NCBI GenBank assembly: GCA_030695805.1
Contig: JAUYPG010000003.1
Location: 1-25,962, forward strand
Direction: 5' to 3'
Source: Nanobdellota archaeon
GTDB taxonomy: Bacteria; Patescibacteriota; Minisyncoccia; UBA6257; GWB1-50-10
DNA length: 25,962 nt
Shown: positions 1-8,106 of the stretch, piece by piece
Layout of the letters: every line of letters starts with the position of its first letter
Numbering within the stretch: the first letter of the stretch is position 1
Program-made: the position numbers and the translations under genes
The notes under the pieces: model-generated
Seen by the model: the letters and a program-made list of their open reading frames with translations, nothing else
The model's database searches: none
What the model was told of the DNA's origin: nothing

Positions 1-916
1 CCCCGGTGCCGAAATACTTCCCGACAATCGCGATATTCACCTCTTGTTTCGCCGTTTTTATTTTTCTCACGAACGCCTCCCACTCGCCCCATTCATGCTT
101 TTTCGCTTTGAGGCCAAGCTTTTTCAAAATTCTTTTCCCTACGTTTTCTTTCTCGAAATTCATCGGAACTTCATAGATGCTCTCGACATTCGGAGCGGAT
201 ATCACGTCCCCTTTTTCCATACTGCACATAAACTCGATCTTCTCCTTTCGTTTCGCGTCGAGCGGCGCGCCCGCGCGTCCGAAGATCATATCCGGTTGCA
301 CTCCCACCGCGTTCAAGCTCCGGACCGCGTGCTGGGTGGGCTTCGTTTTTAACTCCGTTCCTCCGGACCCGAGCGCCGGAAGGAAACTTACGAGAACAAG
401 GAACACATCTTTCGGATGCTTTATCTTCATCATCCGAATGGCTTCCAGAAAGAGGATGTTTTCGTACTCTCCCACGGTTCCGCCGATCTCAATTACCGCG
501 ACTTCGGCTTTGTCTTTTTTCATAGCCGCGTCAATGCGCTCGATTACTTCCATGGGAATGCGGGGCACCACCTCCACCTGTCTCCCCCCGTACTCGAGAT
601 TCCGTTCTTTTTGTATCACCGAGAGATAGACGCTCCCTGTTGTCATGTAATTTTTGCTTGAAAAATTCCGATTCAGAAATCGCTCGTAGTTCCCCATGTC
701 CTGATCGCATTCGGTTCCATCCTCCAACACAAAGACCTCTCCGTGCTCGGTGGGATTCATAGTTCCGGCGTCCACATTTACATACGCGTCAATTTTCAGC
801 GCGGTTACTTCAAAGCCATAGGCCTTCAAAATGTTCGCGATCGAGGAGGATGTAATCCCCTTTCCCACGCCGGACATCACCCCCCCCACCACGAATATGT
901 ATTTTTTGTTTTTCAT
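1..916 (-). CDS. pyrG: CTP synthase, N-terminal ~305 codons; runs off the window edge
   Basis: Not in the ORF track because it is truncated. Manual translation from ATG 916: MKNKKYIFVVGGVMSGVGKGITSSSIANILKAYGFEVTALKIDAYVNVDAGTMNPTEHGEVFV, the PyrG synthase-domain signature. Confidence 0.96.
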   Translation of the reverse strand, partial: MKNKKYIFVVGGVMSGVGKGITSSSIANILKAYGFEVTALKIDAYVNVDAGTMNPTEHGEVFVLEDGTECDQDMGNYERFLNRNFSSKNYMTTGSVYLSVIQKERNLEYGGRQVEVVPRIPMEVIERIDAAMKKDKAEVAVIEIGGTVGEYENILFLEAIRMMKIKHPKDVFLVLVSFLPALGSGGTELKTKPTQHAVRSLNAVGVQPDMIFGRAGAPLDAKRKEKIEFMCSMEKGDVISAPNVESIYEVPMNFEKENVGKRILKKLGLKAKKHEWGEWEAFVRKIKTAKQEVNIAIVGKYFGTG

Positions 917-928
917 ATGCCAATACCG

Positions 929-1177
929 TTACACGCGGACGCTCTTTTCCCGCTCCTTTCTATCTTCGAGCTGGGTTGCGGCGTATGAAAGATTCAAATG
1001 AACGTTTTTACCTCCGATCATTCCCATTAAGCTCTCGCATTTCATAAACGCTTCTTCTTCCGTAAAGTCCTTGCGAGGAAAGTGCTCTATCTCAAGATGG
1101 AGAATAGCGAGAAACATGAGGTGCCCCTCAAAGTCCATTTTTGTTCTACAGAATTCGCAGTATGGGGTTCGTTTCAT
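929..1177 (-). CDS. Small hypothetical protein (82 aa) with CxxC...H...H, possibly Zn-binding
   Basis: The ORF fills the gap upstream of pyrG. Extended -10 TGaTACAAT (hexamer 1185-1190) lies 7 nt before the ATG. Confidence 0.55.
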   Translation of the reverse strand: MKRTPYCEFCRTKMDFEGHLMFLAILHLEIEHFPRKDFTEEEAFMKCESLMGMIGGKNVHLNLSYAATQLEDRKEREKSVRV

Positions 1178-1257
1178 CTCTCACATTGTATCATGTCTTT
1201 CATTTCGTACAAATTTTTCTATAAACCCTCTCGCGTGGTATTTTTTATTCTACCGGT

Positions 1258-1263
1258 TATAAT
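1258..1263 (+). promoter_or_regulatory. -10 element TATAAT, probable leaderless promoter
   Basis: Perfect TATAAT 7 nt before ATG 1271, which favours 1271 over the track start at 1082. Confidence 0.55.
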
Positions 1264-1270
1264 GTTTCCT

Positions 1271-2833
1271 ATGGCTACTCTGTCGAAACCCCTTGACGAA
1301 CTTTTGAAATCGTATTCCGCTTACCTTCTGGGGAAAAGGCCCTCTTCCGAAGAGACGAAGATCGAGGTTGATGAAATAGCATTGAAAATCGCCTCTTTTT
1401 ACGAGAAGTTTCGGAATCTCATTGACTATCAGGAGAAGCATCTTCTCCGCAAAAACGTGATCGGACGGGCCCTGCGGCGGCGCATTTTCCTGAAGGATGT
1501 AAGCGGAGAGGACGTCGCCGAGCCCCTCATCAAAGAAGTCATACGATCCGGCTATCTTGGAAATAACTGGATCCCGGCACGGAAAATCGGCGAGGTACAG
1601 CTTATTATTGACAACCTCCTTTTTTTTAGCGATCACGCGAAAACATCCTCCATCCCCATGCATGAGGACTTTCCGGACTGGCTCCTCGGGGTTACGGTAT
1701 GCGCCATTGAGGAGTGTCTCGCGCCTCCGGAAAAAAATAGGATGCTCGCCCAAATGATGCTCAATACCCTTCGCGGGGGGCTCGAGATAAGGGGTGGCAC
1801 AATTCCCCAGGCCGATCAAGATGCCCTTCTTTTTATCGCGGTTCAGAAGTCCCTCTTCCGCGTGGATAACGACCAGCTTTCCTACCGCCTGCTCCAGCTT
1901 CTTTCCCCTGCGTGGGAGAGCACGGACCTCCGCAACACCTCGCCGGTCACAAACGAACTCCTTACGGCCCACGAGCGGATATCCCACTACCTTCGCCATC
2001 CCCTCCTTCCCTTGTTTCTGAAGGCCTGCAACCATTACAATACCGTCTTTCAGATGTTGGGAAGTTTGGTCTTTGGAAGCAAGGGGGTTGAAAATTTAGA
2101 TCGCGACATTGAGGCGGCGTACGAAGACCGTCTGCGAAAGGAGCGCGGCAAACTTTCCCGCATGGCGTTTCTTTCCATCCTTTCCTTTTTTCTTTCAAAA
2201 ATTTTGGTCGCGATCGCGATCGAAGTTCCCATTGATCTTTATATTGTCGGCCGCTTTTCCCTTGTCCACGCCACCCTGAACATCGTCTTTCCTCCGATTC
2301 TCATGCTCCTTATCGTCGCCTCGATCCGTCTCCCCTCGCGGAAAAATCTTCACCTTATTCGCGAAGAAATGAAGGCCGTGATTTTTGAACATAACGCGCA
2401 CCCTTACGTCATCCAGATACCCAAAAAAAAGAGCTGGTTCATTTCTTTCCTTCTTTCCTTCTCCTACCTCGCCATATTTTTCGTAACCATCCGCATTATC
2501 GCGGATATCCTTCTCTCTTTCGGATTCAGCATCGCGAACATCGTGGTCTTCATTCTCTTCACCTCGCTTGTAACCGCGGTGGGAGTAAAAATCTATAACC
2601 GCTCCAAGGAGATGTGCCTGGAGAAGGATCCTCCCCGATTTTTCTCCTTCCTTCTTGATCTCTTCACCCTGCCCCTTGTTACGATCGGCCGATGGATTAT
2701 CTCCGGCTTCCGTAGATTCAACGTTTTCGTGATATTCGTGAATGTCTTCATCGAATTCCCCTTCCAGCTTATCGTGGAATTCCTGGAAAATCTCCACGAC
2801 TTCATACGGACGAAAAAGGAGGAGATACAATAG
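1271..2833 (+). CDS. Conserved hypothetical membrane protein (~520 aa): soluble N-terminal region plus several C-terminal TM helices
   Basis: Long ORF with hydrophobic segments from about LSILSFFLSKILVAIAIEVP onward. Start reassigned to MATLSKP; the track extension overlaps a promoter and the divergent ORF. Confidence 0.85.
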   Translation: MATLSKPLDELLKSYSAYLLGKRPSSEETKIEVDEIALKIASFYEKFRNLIDYQEKHLLRKNVIGRALRRRIFLKDVSGEDVAEPLIKEVIRSGYLGNNWIPARKIGEVQLIIDNLLFFSDHAKTSSIPMHEDFPDWLLGVTVCAIEECLAPPEKNRMLAQMMLNTLRGGLEIRGGTIPQADQDALLFIAVQKSLFRVDNDQLSYRLLQLLSPAWESTDLRNTSPVTNELLTAHERISHYLRHPLLPLFLKACNHYNTVFQMLGSLVFGSKGVENLDRDIEAAYEDRLRKERGKLSRMAFLSILSFFLSKILVAIAIEVPIDLYIVGRFSLVHATLNIVFPPILMLLIVASIRLPSRKNLHLIREEMKAVIFEHNAHPYVIQIPKKKSWFISFLLSFSYLAIFFVTIRIIADILLSFGFSIANIVVFILFTSLVTAVGVKIYNRSKEMCLEKDPPRFFSFLLDLFTLPLVTIGRWIISGFRRFNVFVIFVNVFIEFPFQLIVEFLENLHDFIRTKKEEIQ

Positions 2834-2840
2834 TTAGAAT

Positions 2841-2868
2841 TTCTAATGTCTAATTACTAATTTCTAAT
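2841..2868. repeat. Degenerate 7-nt tandem repeat (ttctaat/gtctaat/tactaat/ttctaat)
   Basis: Four units between convergent stop codons. Confidence 0.7.
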
Positions 2869-2886
2869 CCGCCGACTGGCAAGACA

Positions 2887-3918
2887 TTACTCCTTTCTAT
2901 TTTGCTCGACGATTGAAGGATATATCTCAAGAAGGGCCAAAAGAAAGCTCAAAAAGAGCGGGCCGATAAGGAACCCGACCGGGCCGAAGACGACAAGCCC
3001 CCCCAAGACGGAAAGAAGCACCAAAAGCGGGTGCATTTTTGTATCCCGCCCGATAAGATACGTACGAAGAATGTTGTCTATGAGCCCCACCACGGTCGCG
3101 CCCCAGAGAAGGAGGAGGAGGGCGTTTATGGGGTTTCCCATGATAGCGAGAAAGAGGACCGCTGGCACGATGACGAGCGCGGTCCCCACTCCCGGGACAA
3201 GAGCCGCCATGATCGCCACGCCTCCCCAAAGAGCTGGGTTCGGCACTCCGAAGATAAAAAATCCCACTCCGGCGAGAACTCCTTGAATCACGCCTATGAC
3301 GAGCGAGCCGCGCACGATCGAGGTGACCGCGGTTTGTATGGTCTTCAGTATTTTTTCATCTTCTATTTTTTTGAGAGGAGAGAGTTGCGTCAGCTTTTCC
3401 CGCAGGATTCTCCCGTCTTTTAGCAGGTAGTAGAGAGTGAGGAACGTAAGAACAATATGAAGAGCAATGCGCAGGACGCCTGAAAAAATAGGGCCGATAT
3501 TTTCGACGATTTTCAAAAAAACCTGCTTCAGATAGCCGTTTATTTCAACGGTCGGCGCCTCTATTTTTATTCCCGGAAAATACCGAGAGGCCATCTCGCT
3601 CCCCCTTGCAAAGAGTTTTTCCACATTTCCGTTTGAAGCCACGTAGGTATAGACGCTTCCGGCCTCCTCCGCCACCCTCTGCCCGATGAAGAAGAGCGGA
3701 ATAAACACTACGAAAAAAACGAGGAGAAGGGTGAGCATCGCGCTTACGCCACGGAATCGCAAAAAACGAAGGAAGAAGAGATATATCGGGTAAAAGACCG
3801 CGGCAAGAACACCCCCCACAAGCACGGCTGAAAGGAAGGGGCGCAGGAGGATGAATCCTACGATAAGCGCGAGGCCGAGGAGGAGAAGAAAAAAGTTGGT
3901 ATGCGTTGTTTTTGACAC
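2887..3918 (-). CDS. AI-2E (PerM) family transporter
   Basis: 343 aa, multiple TMs; motifs LYYLLKDG, GVPNPALWG, IDNILRTYLIG, HPLLVLLSVLGGLVVFGPVGFLIGPL. Confidence 0.93.
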   Translation of the reverse strand: MSKTTHTNFFLLLLGLALIVGFILLRPFLSAVLVGGVLAAVFYPIYLFFLRFLRFRGVSAMLTLLLVFFVVFIPLFFIGQRVAEEAGSVYTYVASNGNVEKLFARGSEMASRYFPGIKIEAPTVEINGYLKQVFLKIVENIGPIFSGVLRIALHIVLTFLTLYYLLKDGRILREKLTQLSPLKKIEDEKILKTIQTAVTSIVRGSLVIGVIQGVLAGVGFFIFGVPNPALWGGVAIMAALVPGVGTALVIVPAVLFLAIMGNPINALLLLLWGATVVGLIDNILRTYLIGRDTKMHPLLVLLSVLGGLVVFGPVGFLIGPLFLSFLLALLEIYPSIVEQNRKE

Positions 3919-3941
3919 GGTACGGTACGAGAAAATAAAAA

Positions 3942-4175
3942 CTATGAGATTCCCAGGAGTCCGGCGATCTTCTCCTCGTTGAATCCCACAACTACCTTGC
4001 CGCCTATATCAATGACCGGCACTCCCATCTGACCGGACTTTTGTATCATGGCATCACGCGCCGCGTCGTCTTCCGTCACGTTTTTCTCCTCAAACTCTAC
4101 ATCGTGTTCCTTAAAAAACTCTTTCGCTATTTTGCAATAGACGCATGATGGGGTGGTGTAGATGGTAACTACCAT
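3942..4175 (-). CDS. Glutaredoxin-like protein (NrdH/YruB type)
   Basis: YTTPSCVYC active site, GQMGVPVI cis-Pro motif, VVVGFN; 77 aa. Confidence 0.93.
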   Translation of the reverse strand: MVVTIYTTPSCVYCKIAKEFFKEHDVEFEEKNVTEDDAARDAMIQKSGQMGVPVIDIGGKVVVGFNEEKIAGLLGIS

Positions 4176-4314
4176 AATTAGAAATTGAAAATTTTAACAG
4201 ACGACCTTATATGAAGTCCATTGTATCATATTCATCTTTACTTTCATAAGTTGAAACACTACCATTACGTTACTGAGATATGCAAAATTTCAGCTGATAC
4301 ATTATTGAAATAAT

Positions 4315-5079
4315 ATGTTTAAAGACGTAGCAATTCAAGCGAGCACAGAAGCCGGAAAGATCCTTATGGATAATTTAGGCAATGTGAAGTCATTGAAATT
4401 GAAGCAAAAGAATGATTACGTTTCTAACGTTGACATCGAAGTTGAGGATAAAATCAAAGAGATTATTAAGTCACATTTTCCTGAACACAACATCGTCGCG
4501 GAAGAATCTGATGTACGAAAAAGAGAATCAAAATACACTTGGTTCGTAGACCCAATCAGCTCCACTGACAATTATATTCATTCACTCCCCCACTTTGCGG
4601 TTTCTATCGCTCTTCAGGAACACGGTATAACTATTTTAGGGGTGGTGCTGGACCCATTCTACAATGAGCTTTTTTATGCTGAAAAAAACAAAGGGGCATA
4701 CTTACATGATTCAAAAATAGAAGTTTCAAGTGTAAGCGATATTTCCAAATCAATACTTTGTGTTGGCATCCACAATAAAGGCGGCGCGGATACCGAAGAA
4801 GGATTAATATATTTTAGAAAAATTCTCTCTGCTCAAGCGTCAGTAAGAAGAATCGGCTCCACGGCGTTGCAGATGTGTTATGTCGCGTGTGGTCGGATTG
4901 AAGCGCATGTAAACAATAGTTCTGATCTGTTTGTGATACCTTCAGGAAAACTCATTTTGGAAGAAGCTGGCGGTATTGTTACTGATTTTAAGAATGATAT
5001 CTGGAACAACGATTCTAAGAGTATTCTTGCTTCTAACGGCAAGGTTCATAGCGCTTTAGTCAAGATATTAAAAACGTGA
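4315..5079 (+). CDS. Inositol monophosphatase (SuhB) family protein with a degenerate active site
   Basis: IVAEE, WFVDPISST, RRIGSTALQMCYVACGRIEA, LILEEAGGIVTD. The canonical DPIDGT and WD motifs are altered. Confidence 0.88.
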   Translation: MFKDVAIQASTEAGKILMDNLGNVKSLKLKQKNDYVSNVDIEVEDKIKEIIKSHFPEHNIVAEESDVRKRESKYTWFVDPISSTDNYIHSLPHFAVSIALQEHGITILGVVLDPFYNELFYAEKNKGAYLHDSKIEVSSVSDISKSILCVGIHNKGGADTEEGLIYFRKILSAQASVRRIGSTALQMCYVACGRIEAHVNNSSDLFVIPSGKLILEEAGGIVTDFKNDIWNNDSKSILASNGKVHSALVKILKT

Positions 5080-5104
5080 TTTTTTTGAACATTTCATATT
5101 AGAC

Positions 5105-5695
5105 ATGATCATTCAGCTAGCCGGATATTTATCTGGCATCGCGATACTTCTTTCTTTTGTCCCTTACATACGGGATATTCTTCGAGGCGTCACAAAACCC
5201 GAACGGACATCTTGGTTTATCTGGTCCATACTCGGCTTTACTTCCTTTTTCTCCCAACTTGCTAAAGGAGCATCATACTCTTTAGGAATGACGGGCGCAC
5301 AGGCCGCAGGAGACCTTGTTATCTTTTTTCTCGCCATTAAGTACGGACTCGGCGGATTCAAGAAGCGGGATATATTTGGTCTCATTGGAGTTGCTTTTGG
5401 TATTGTTCTCTGGATACTTACCCATGAAGCAAGCATTGCTTTGTTCATTGTCATATTCATTGATGGAGTTGGAGCTCTTCTTACTGCCCTAAAAGCATAC
5501 GAACACCCCACGACTGAAACCGTTAGTTCTTGGGTTCTCACTTTTATCGGTGGTGTGTTTGCGTCTTTTGCTGTCGGCAGTTTTAACTTTATTCTTCTTG
5601 CCTTCCCTCTTTATATCTCTCTTGCGAGCGCTTCTATACTCTTTGCCATTTGGCTTGGTTCACGGCATGGCAAGAAGTCGGCTTTTGTCTCATAG
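5105..5695 (+). CDS. Hypothetical integral membrane protein, PQ-loop-like two-repeat architecture
   Basis: 196 aa, ~6-7 TMs; LLSFVPYIRDILRGVTKPERTSWFIW and a second repeat LKAYEHPTTETVSSW. Confidence 0.75.
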   Translation: MIIQLAGYLSGIAILLSFVPYIRDILRGVTKPERTSWFIWSILGFTSFFSQLAKGASYSLGMTGAQAAGDLVIFFLAIKYGLGGFKKRDIFGLIGVAFGIVLWILTHEASIALFIVIFIDGVGALLTALKAYEHPTTETVSSWVLTFIGGVFASFAVGSFNFILLAFPLYISLASASILFAIWLGSRHGKKSAFVS

Positions 5696-5824
5696 CTCAA
5701 GCTCCTCGAGAGATAACATCTCCATTAAAATCGTTCCCTGCCCTGCCATGTCCGCGCGCGATATTTGAGAGATATACATGAATTTTGGGGTAAAGATTTA
5801 AAACACCGCGAAAAATGAGTATAA

Positions 5825-5900
5825 ACGAAAGCCACCCTCAATAAAGAGGGTGGCCCTAGGATGTATAACCCTAACGGTTCATGGCTGAACCGAAAGACAT
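5825..5900 (-). ncRNA. Candidate ~75-nt structured small RNA or short leader unit
   Basis: Bounded by a TTGACT-16-TATACT promoter and a terminator; internal hairpins ggttc-agccat-gaacc and tagg...ccta. Confidence 0.45.
5831..5854 (-). terminator. Intrinsic terminator-like hairpin
   Basis: Perfect 9-bp stem gccaccctc/gagggtggc with a 6-nt loop, followed on the minus strand by tttcgttt. Confidence 0.7.
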
Positions 5901-5904
5901 TATC

Positions 5905-5932
5905 AGTATAGCAAGCGCTTGCCATAAGTCAA
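5905..5932 (-). promoter_or_regulatory. sigma70 promoter TTGACT-16 nt-TATACT with palindrome GCAAGCGCTTGC in the spacer
   Basis: Read directly from the minus strand; palindrome at 5911-5922. Confidence 0.65.
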
Positions 5933-6021
5933 TCGTTTTGGCGCAAATCAGCAAACACAAAAAGAAGCCCGCGCGGATTTCTCCCCGCGTCGCGCGTGCG
6001 ACACACATTACCGATTGTTCC

Positions 6022-6051
6022 TTGCCAGTTTCGATGTCTATGCTATATAGT
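6022..6051 (+). promoter_or_regulatory. Probable guaB promoter (TTGCCA-18-TATAGT), leaderless
   Basis: The -10 hexamer ends 5 nt before the guaB ATG. Confidence 0.5.
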
Positions 6052-6056
6052 AAGGC

Positions 6057-7124
6057 ATGGATGATACAACCTTTCCTCTTGGTTTAACTTTTGACGATGT
6101 GCTCCTTGAGCCGCGGGAGTCCGCCGTGGTTCGAAACGAGGCGGACACGAAAACCCGTCTTACAAAAAAAATAGAACTTCAAATCCCCATTGTTGCCGCG
6201 GCCATGGATACGGTCTCGGAAGCCGCGATGGCGATTGCCCTCGGGCGCCTCGGAGGGTTTGCGGTTATCCATCGAAATTGCTCCGTTGAAGCGCAGGTAG
6301 CCATGGTCCGCGAGGCCAAGCAGGCCGGGGTCTTAGTCGGCGCGGCAGTCGGTTCTTATGATCTCGAACGCGCGAAGGCGCTTGATGCGGCGGGAGCGGA
6401 CGCGATTGTGGTTGACACGGCCCATGCCCACGCCCTTCGGACCATCCAAGGGGCAGAGGAGATAAAAAAGAATATTAAAGCCGAGCTTATCGTCGGTAAT
6501 ATTGCGACCAAGGAGGCCGCGAAGGCGATCTGTACATTCGCGGACGCTGTGAAGGTTGGTGTGGGCCCGGGCGCGATTTGCACGACGCGCGTTGTGGCAG
6601 GCGTGGGAGTCCCCCAACTCACTGCGATCTTGAGTGTCGCGGAGGTTGCCCGTGGGCGGGGCATACCCGTCATCGCGGACGGCGGCATTAAAAACTCCGG
6701 CGACATCGTAAAAGCGCTTGCCGCGGGAGCATCTTCTATCATGATGGGGTCCATGCTCGCGGGAACCGATGAGGCGCCCGGAGAGGTCTTTGAAATAAAT
6801 GGAGAAAAGTACAAATCGTACCGTGGCATGGGAAGTTTGGCTGTTATGAAAGGCGGCGCCTCTTCCGACCGCTACTTCCAGAAAGACGAGAAGGAATTCG
6901 TTCCCGAAGGAGTCGAGGGCGCGGTAACATGCAAAGGACCCCTGAAAGACGTCATTTTCCAAATGATGGGGGGCCTGAAAAGCGGTATGTGCTATATCGG
7001 CGCGAAGACCATCGCCGACATGGCCCCGCAGGCGCGGTTTATCCGTATCACTCAGGCAGGAATTCGCGAGTCGCATCCACACAGCATTGTCATCACGAAA
7101 CAACCGCCGAACTACCATGCCTAA
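6057..7124 (+). CDS. guaB: IMP dehydrogenase, short form lacking the CBS/Bateman domain
   Basis: [29 protein letters not shown] (catalytic Cys), IADGG, YRGMGS, flap DRYFQ...VPEG. Confidence 0.95.
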   Translation: MDDTTFPLGLTFDDVLLEPRESAVVRNEADTKTRLTKKIELQIPIVAAAMDTVSEAAMAIALGRLGGFAVIHRNCSVEAQVAMVREAKQAGVLVGAAVGSYDLERAKALDAAGADAIVVDTAHAHALRTIQGAEEIKKNIKAELIVGNIATKEAAKAICTFADAVKVGVGPGAICTTRVVAGVGVPQLTAILSVAEVARGRGIPVIADGGIKNSGDIVKALAAGASSIMMGSMLAGTDEAPGEVFEINGEKYKSYRGMGSLAVMKGGASSDRYFQKDEKEFVPEGVEGAVTCKGPLKDVIFQMMGGLKSGMCYIGAKTIADMAPQARFIRITQAGIRESHPHSIVITKQPPNYHA

Positions 7125-8106
7125 AAAAACCAAAATTAAAAGAGCCGAGCTTCACGCCCACCTCGGGGCATCAGTCAACCCGCCCATCCTCTGGTCCATC
7201 GCCCATCGCCAGGGGATCAAGCTTCCCATGAAAAACTACTGGGAGTTTGAGAATATGATCACCATGTCCAAATCGGAGAAAAACCGCAACCTCGATGAGA
7301 TGCACAACAATTTTTATCATTGGACGGAACTTATCCAGTCCTCTCCTGAGGCGGTTGAGGAGTCGGTACAGAGCGTTATTGGCGGCGGATACCGGAAGTG
7401 CAACCTCATACTTCAGGAACTGCGTTTTAATCCCATGTTCAGAAATCGCGGAGGAGAGCGCGACCTTGATCATATCATCCTGTCCGCGCTCTGGGGCCTT
7501 GAAAAAGCGCTCCTCGAATATCCGGAAGTGAAGGCAGGCATCATTCTCATGATGGATCGGACCCTTACCTTCGAGCAAAATTCCATTATTTTGAAAAAAG
7601 CGATCAAGTACCATAGTCAGGGTATCATCGGCCTTGATATCGCGGGTCCGCAGAGAAAAACGTTTTCTCTTAAAAAACATGCTCCGCTTTTTCGGGCGGC
7701 GAGGGAGGCGGGTCTTGGCGTTACGGTACACACCGGCGAGGAGGGGACGCTCGAGGAGATGCGTTTTGTTATCAAAGAAATCCGGCCCGACCGAATCGGA
7801 CACGGAATTATCGCCCACCGTGATCCGAAAATTCTCGCGGAACTCGCGGAGAAAAATATCACTCTGGAACTCTGCCCCACTTCCAACTTGCGGAACAACA
7901 AGATAAAAAATATCGCGGAACTCCGGCGCATTGTTTCCGCCTTTCTCCGTCATGGCGTGAAATTCACCATCAACACGGACGGACCCGAAATGTACCGCAC
8001 GAATATACACAAAGAACAACAGCTTCTTATTCAAAGTAAAATTCTTACGGAAAAAGAAATCGTCCGGTGCACCAGGTGGGCGTTTGAGGCGACTTTTATG
8101 AAATGA
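7117..8106 (+). CDS. Adenosine/AMP deaminase family metallohydrolase
   Basis: ELHAHL, VHTGE, RIGHG, ELCPTSN, INTDGP. The start at 7117 overlaps the guaB stop; the stop overlaps the guaA start (ATGA). Confidence 0.9.
   Translation: MPKKTKIKRAELHAHLGASVNPPILWSIAHRQGIKLPMKNYWEFENMITMSKSEKNRNLDEMHNNFYHWTELIQSSPEAVEESVQSVIGGGYRKCNLILQELRFNPMFRNRGGERDLDHIILSALWGLEKALLEYPEVKAGIILMMDRTLTFEQNSIILKKAIKYHSQGIIGLDIAGPQRKTFSLKKHAPLFRAAREAGLGVTVHTGEEGTLEEMRFVIKEIRPDRIGHGIIAHRDPKILAELAEKNITLELCPTSNLRNNKIKNIAELRRIVSAFLRHGVKFTINTDGPEMYRTNIHKEQQLLIQSKILTEKEIVRCTRWAFEATFMK

Noticed and set aside
44-988. Plus-strand track ORFs over pyrG, and the many similar antisense ORFs elsewhere (e.g. 1250..2035, 6333..7133, 7171..8034, 8337..9449, 17838..18677, 24131..24856)
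   Set aside because: They are shadows of recognisable genes on the opposite strand or in another frame, with no motifs or start signals.
5860-6056. Purine or preQ1 riboswitch upstream of guaB
   Set aside because: The consensus cores are not present, and guaB appears leaderless, leaving no 5' UTR for one.
6057-7124. GMP reductase (guaC) instead of IMPDH
   Set aside because: YRGMGS, the Arg-Tyr flap (DRYF) and linkage to guaA favour IMPDH.
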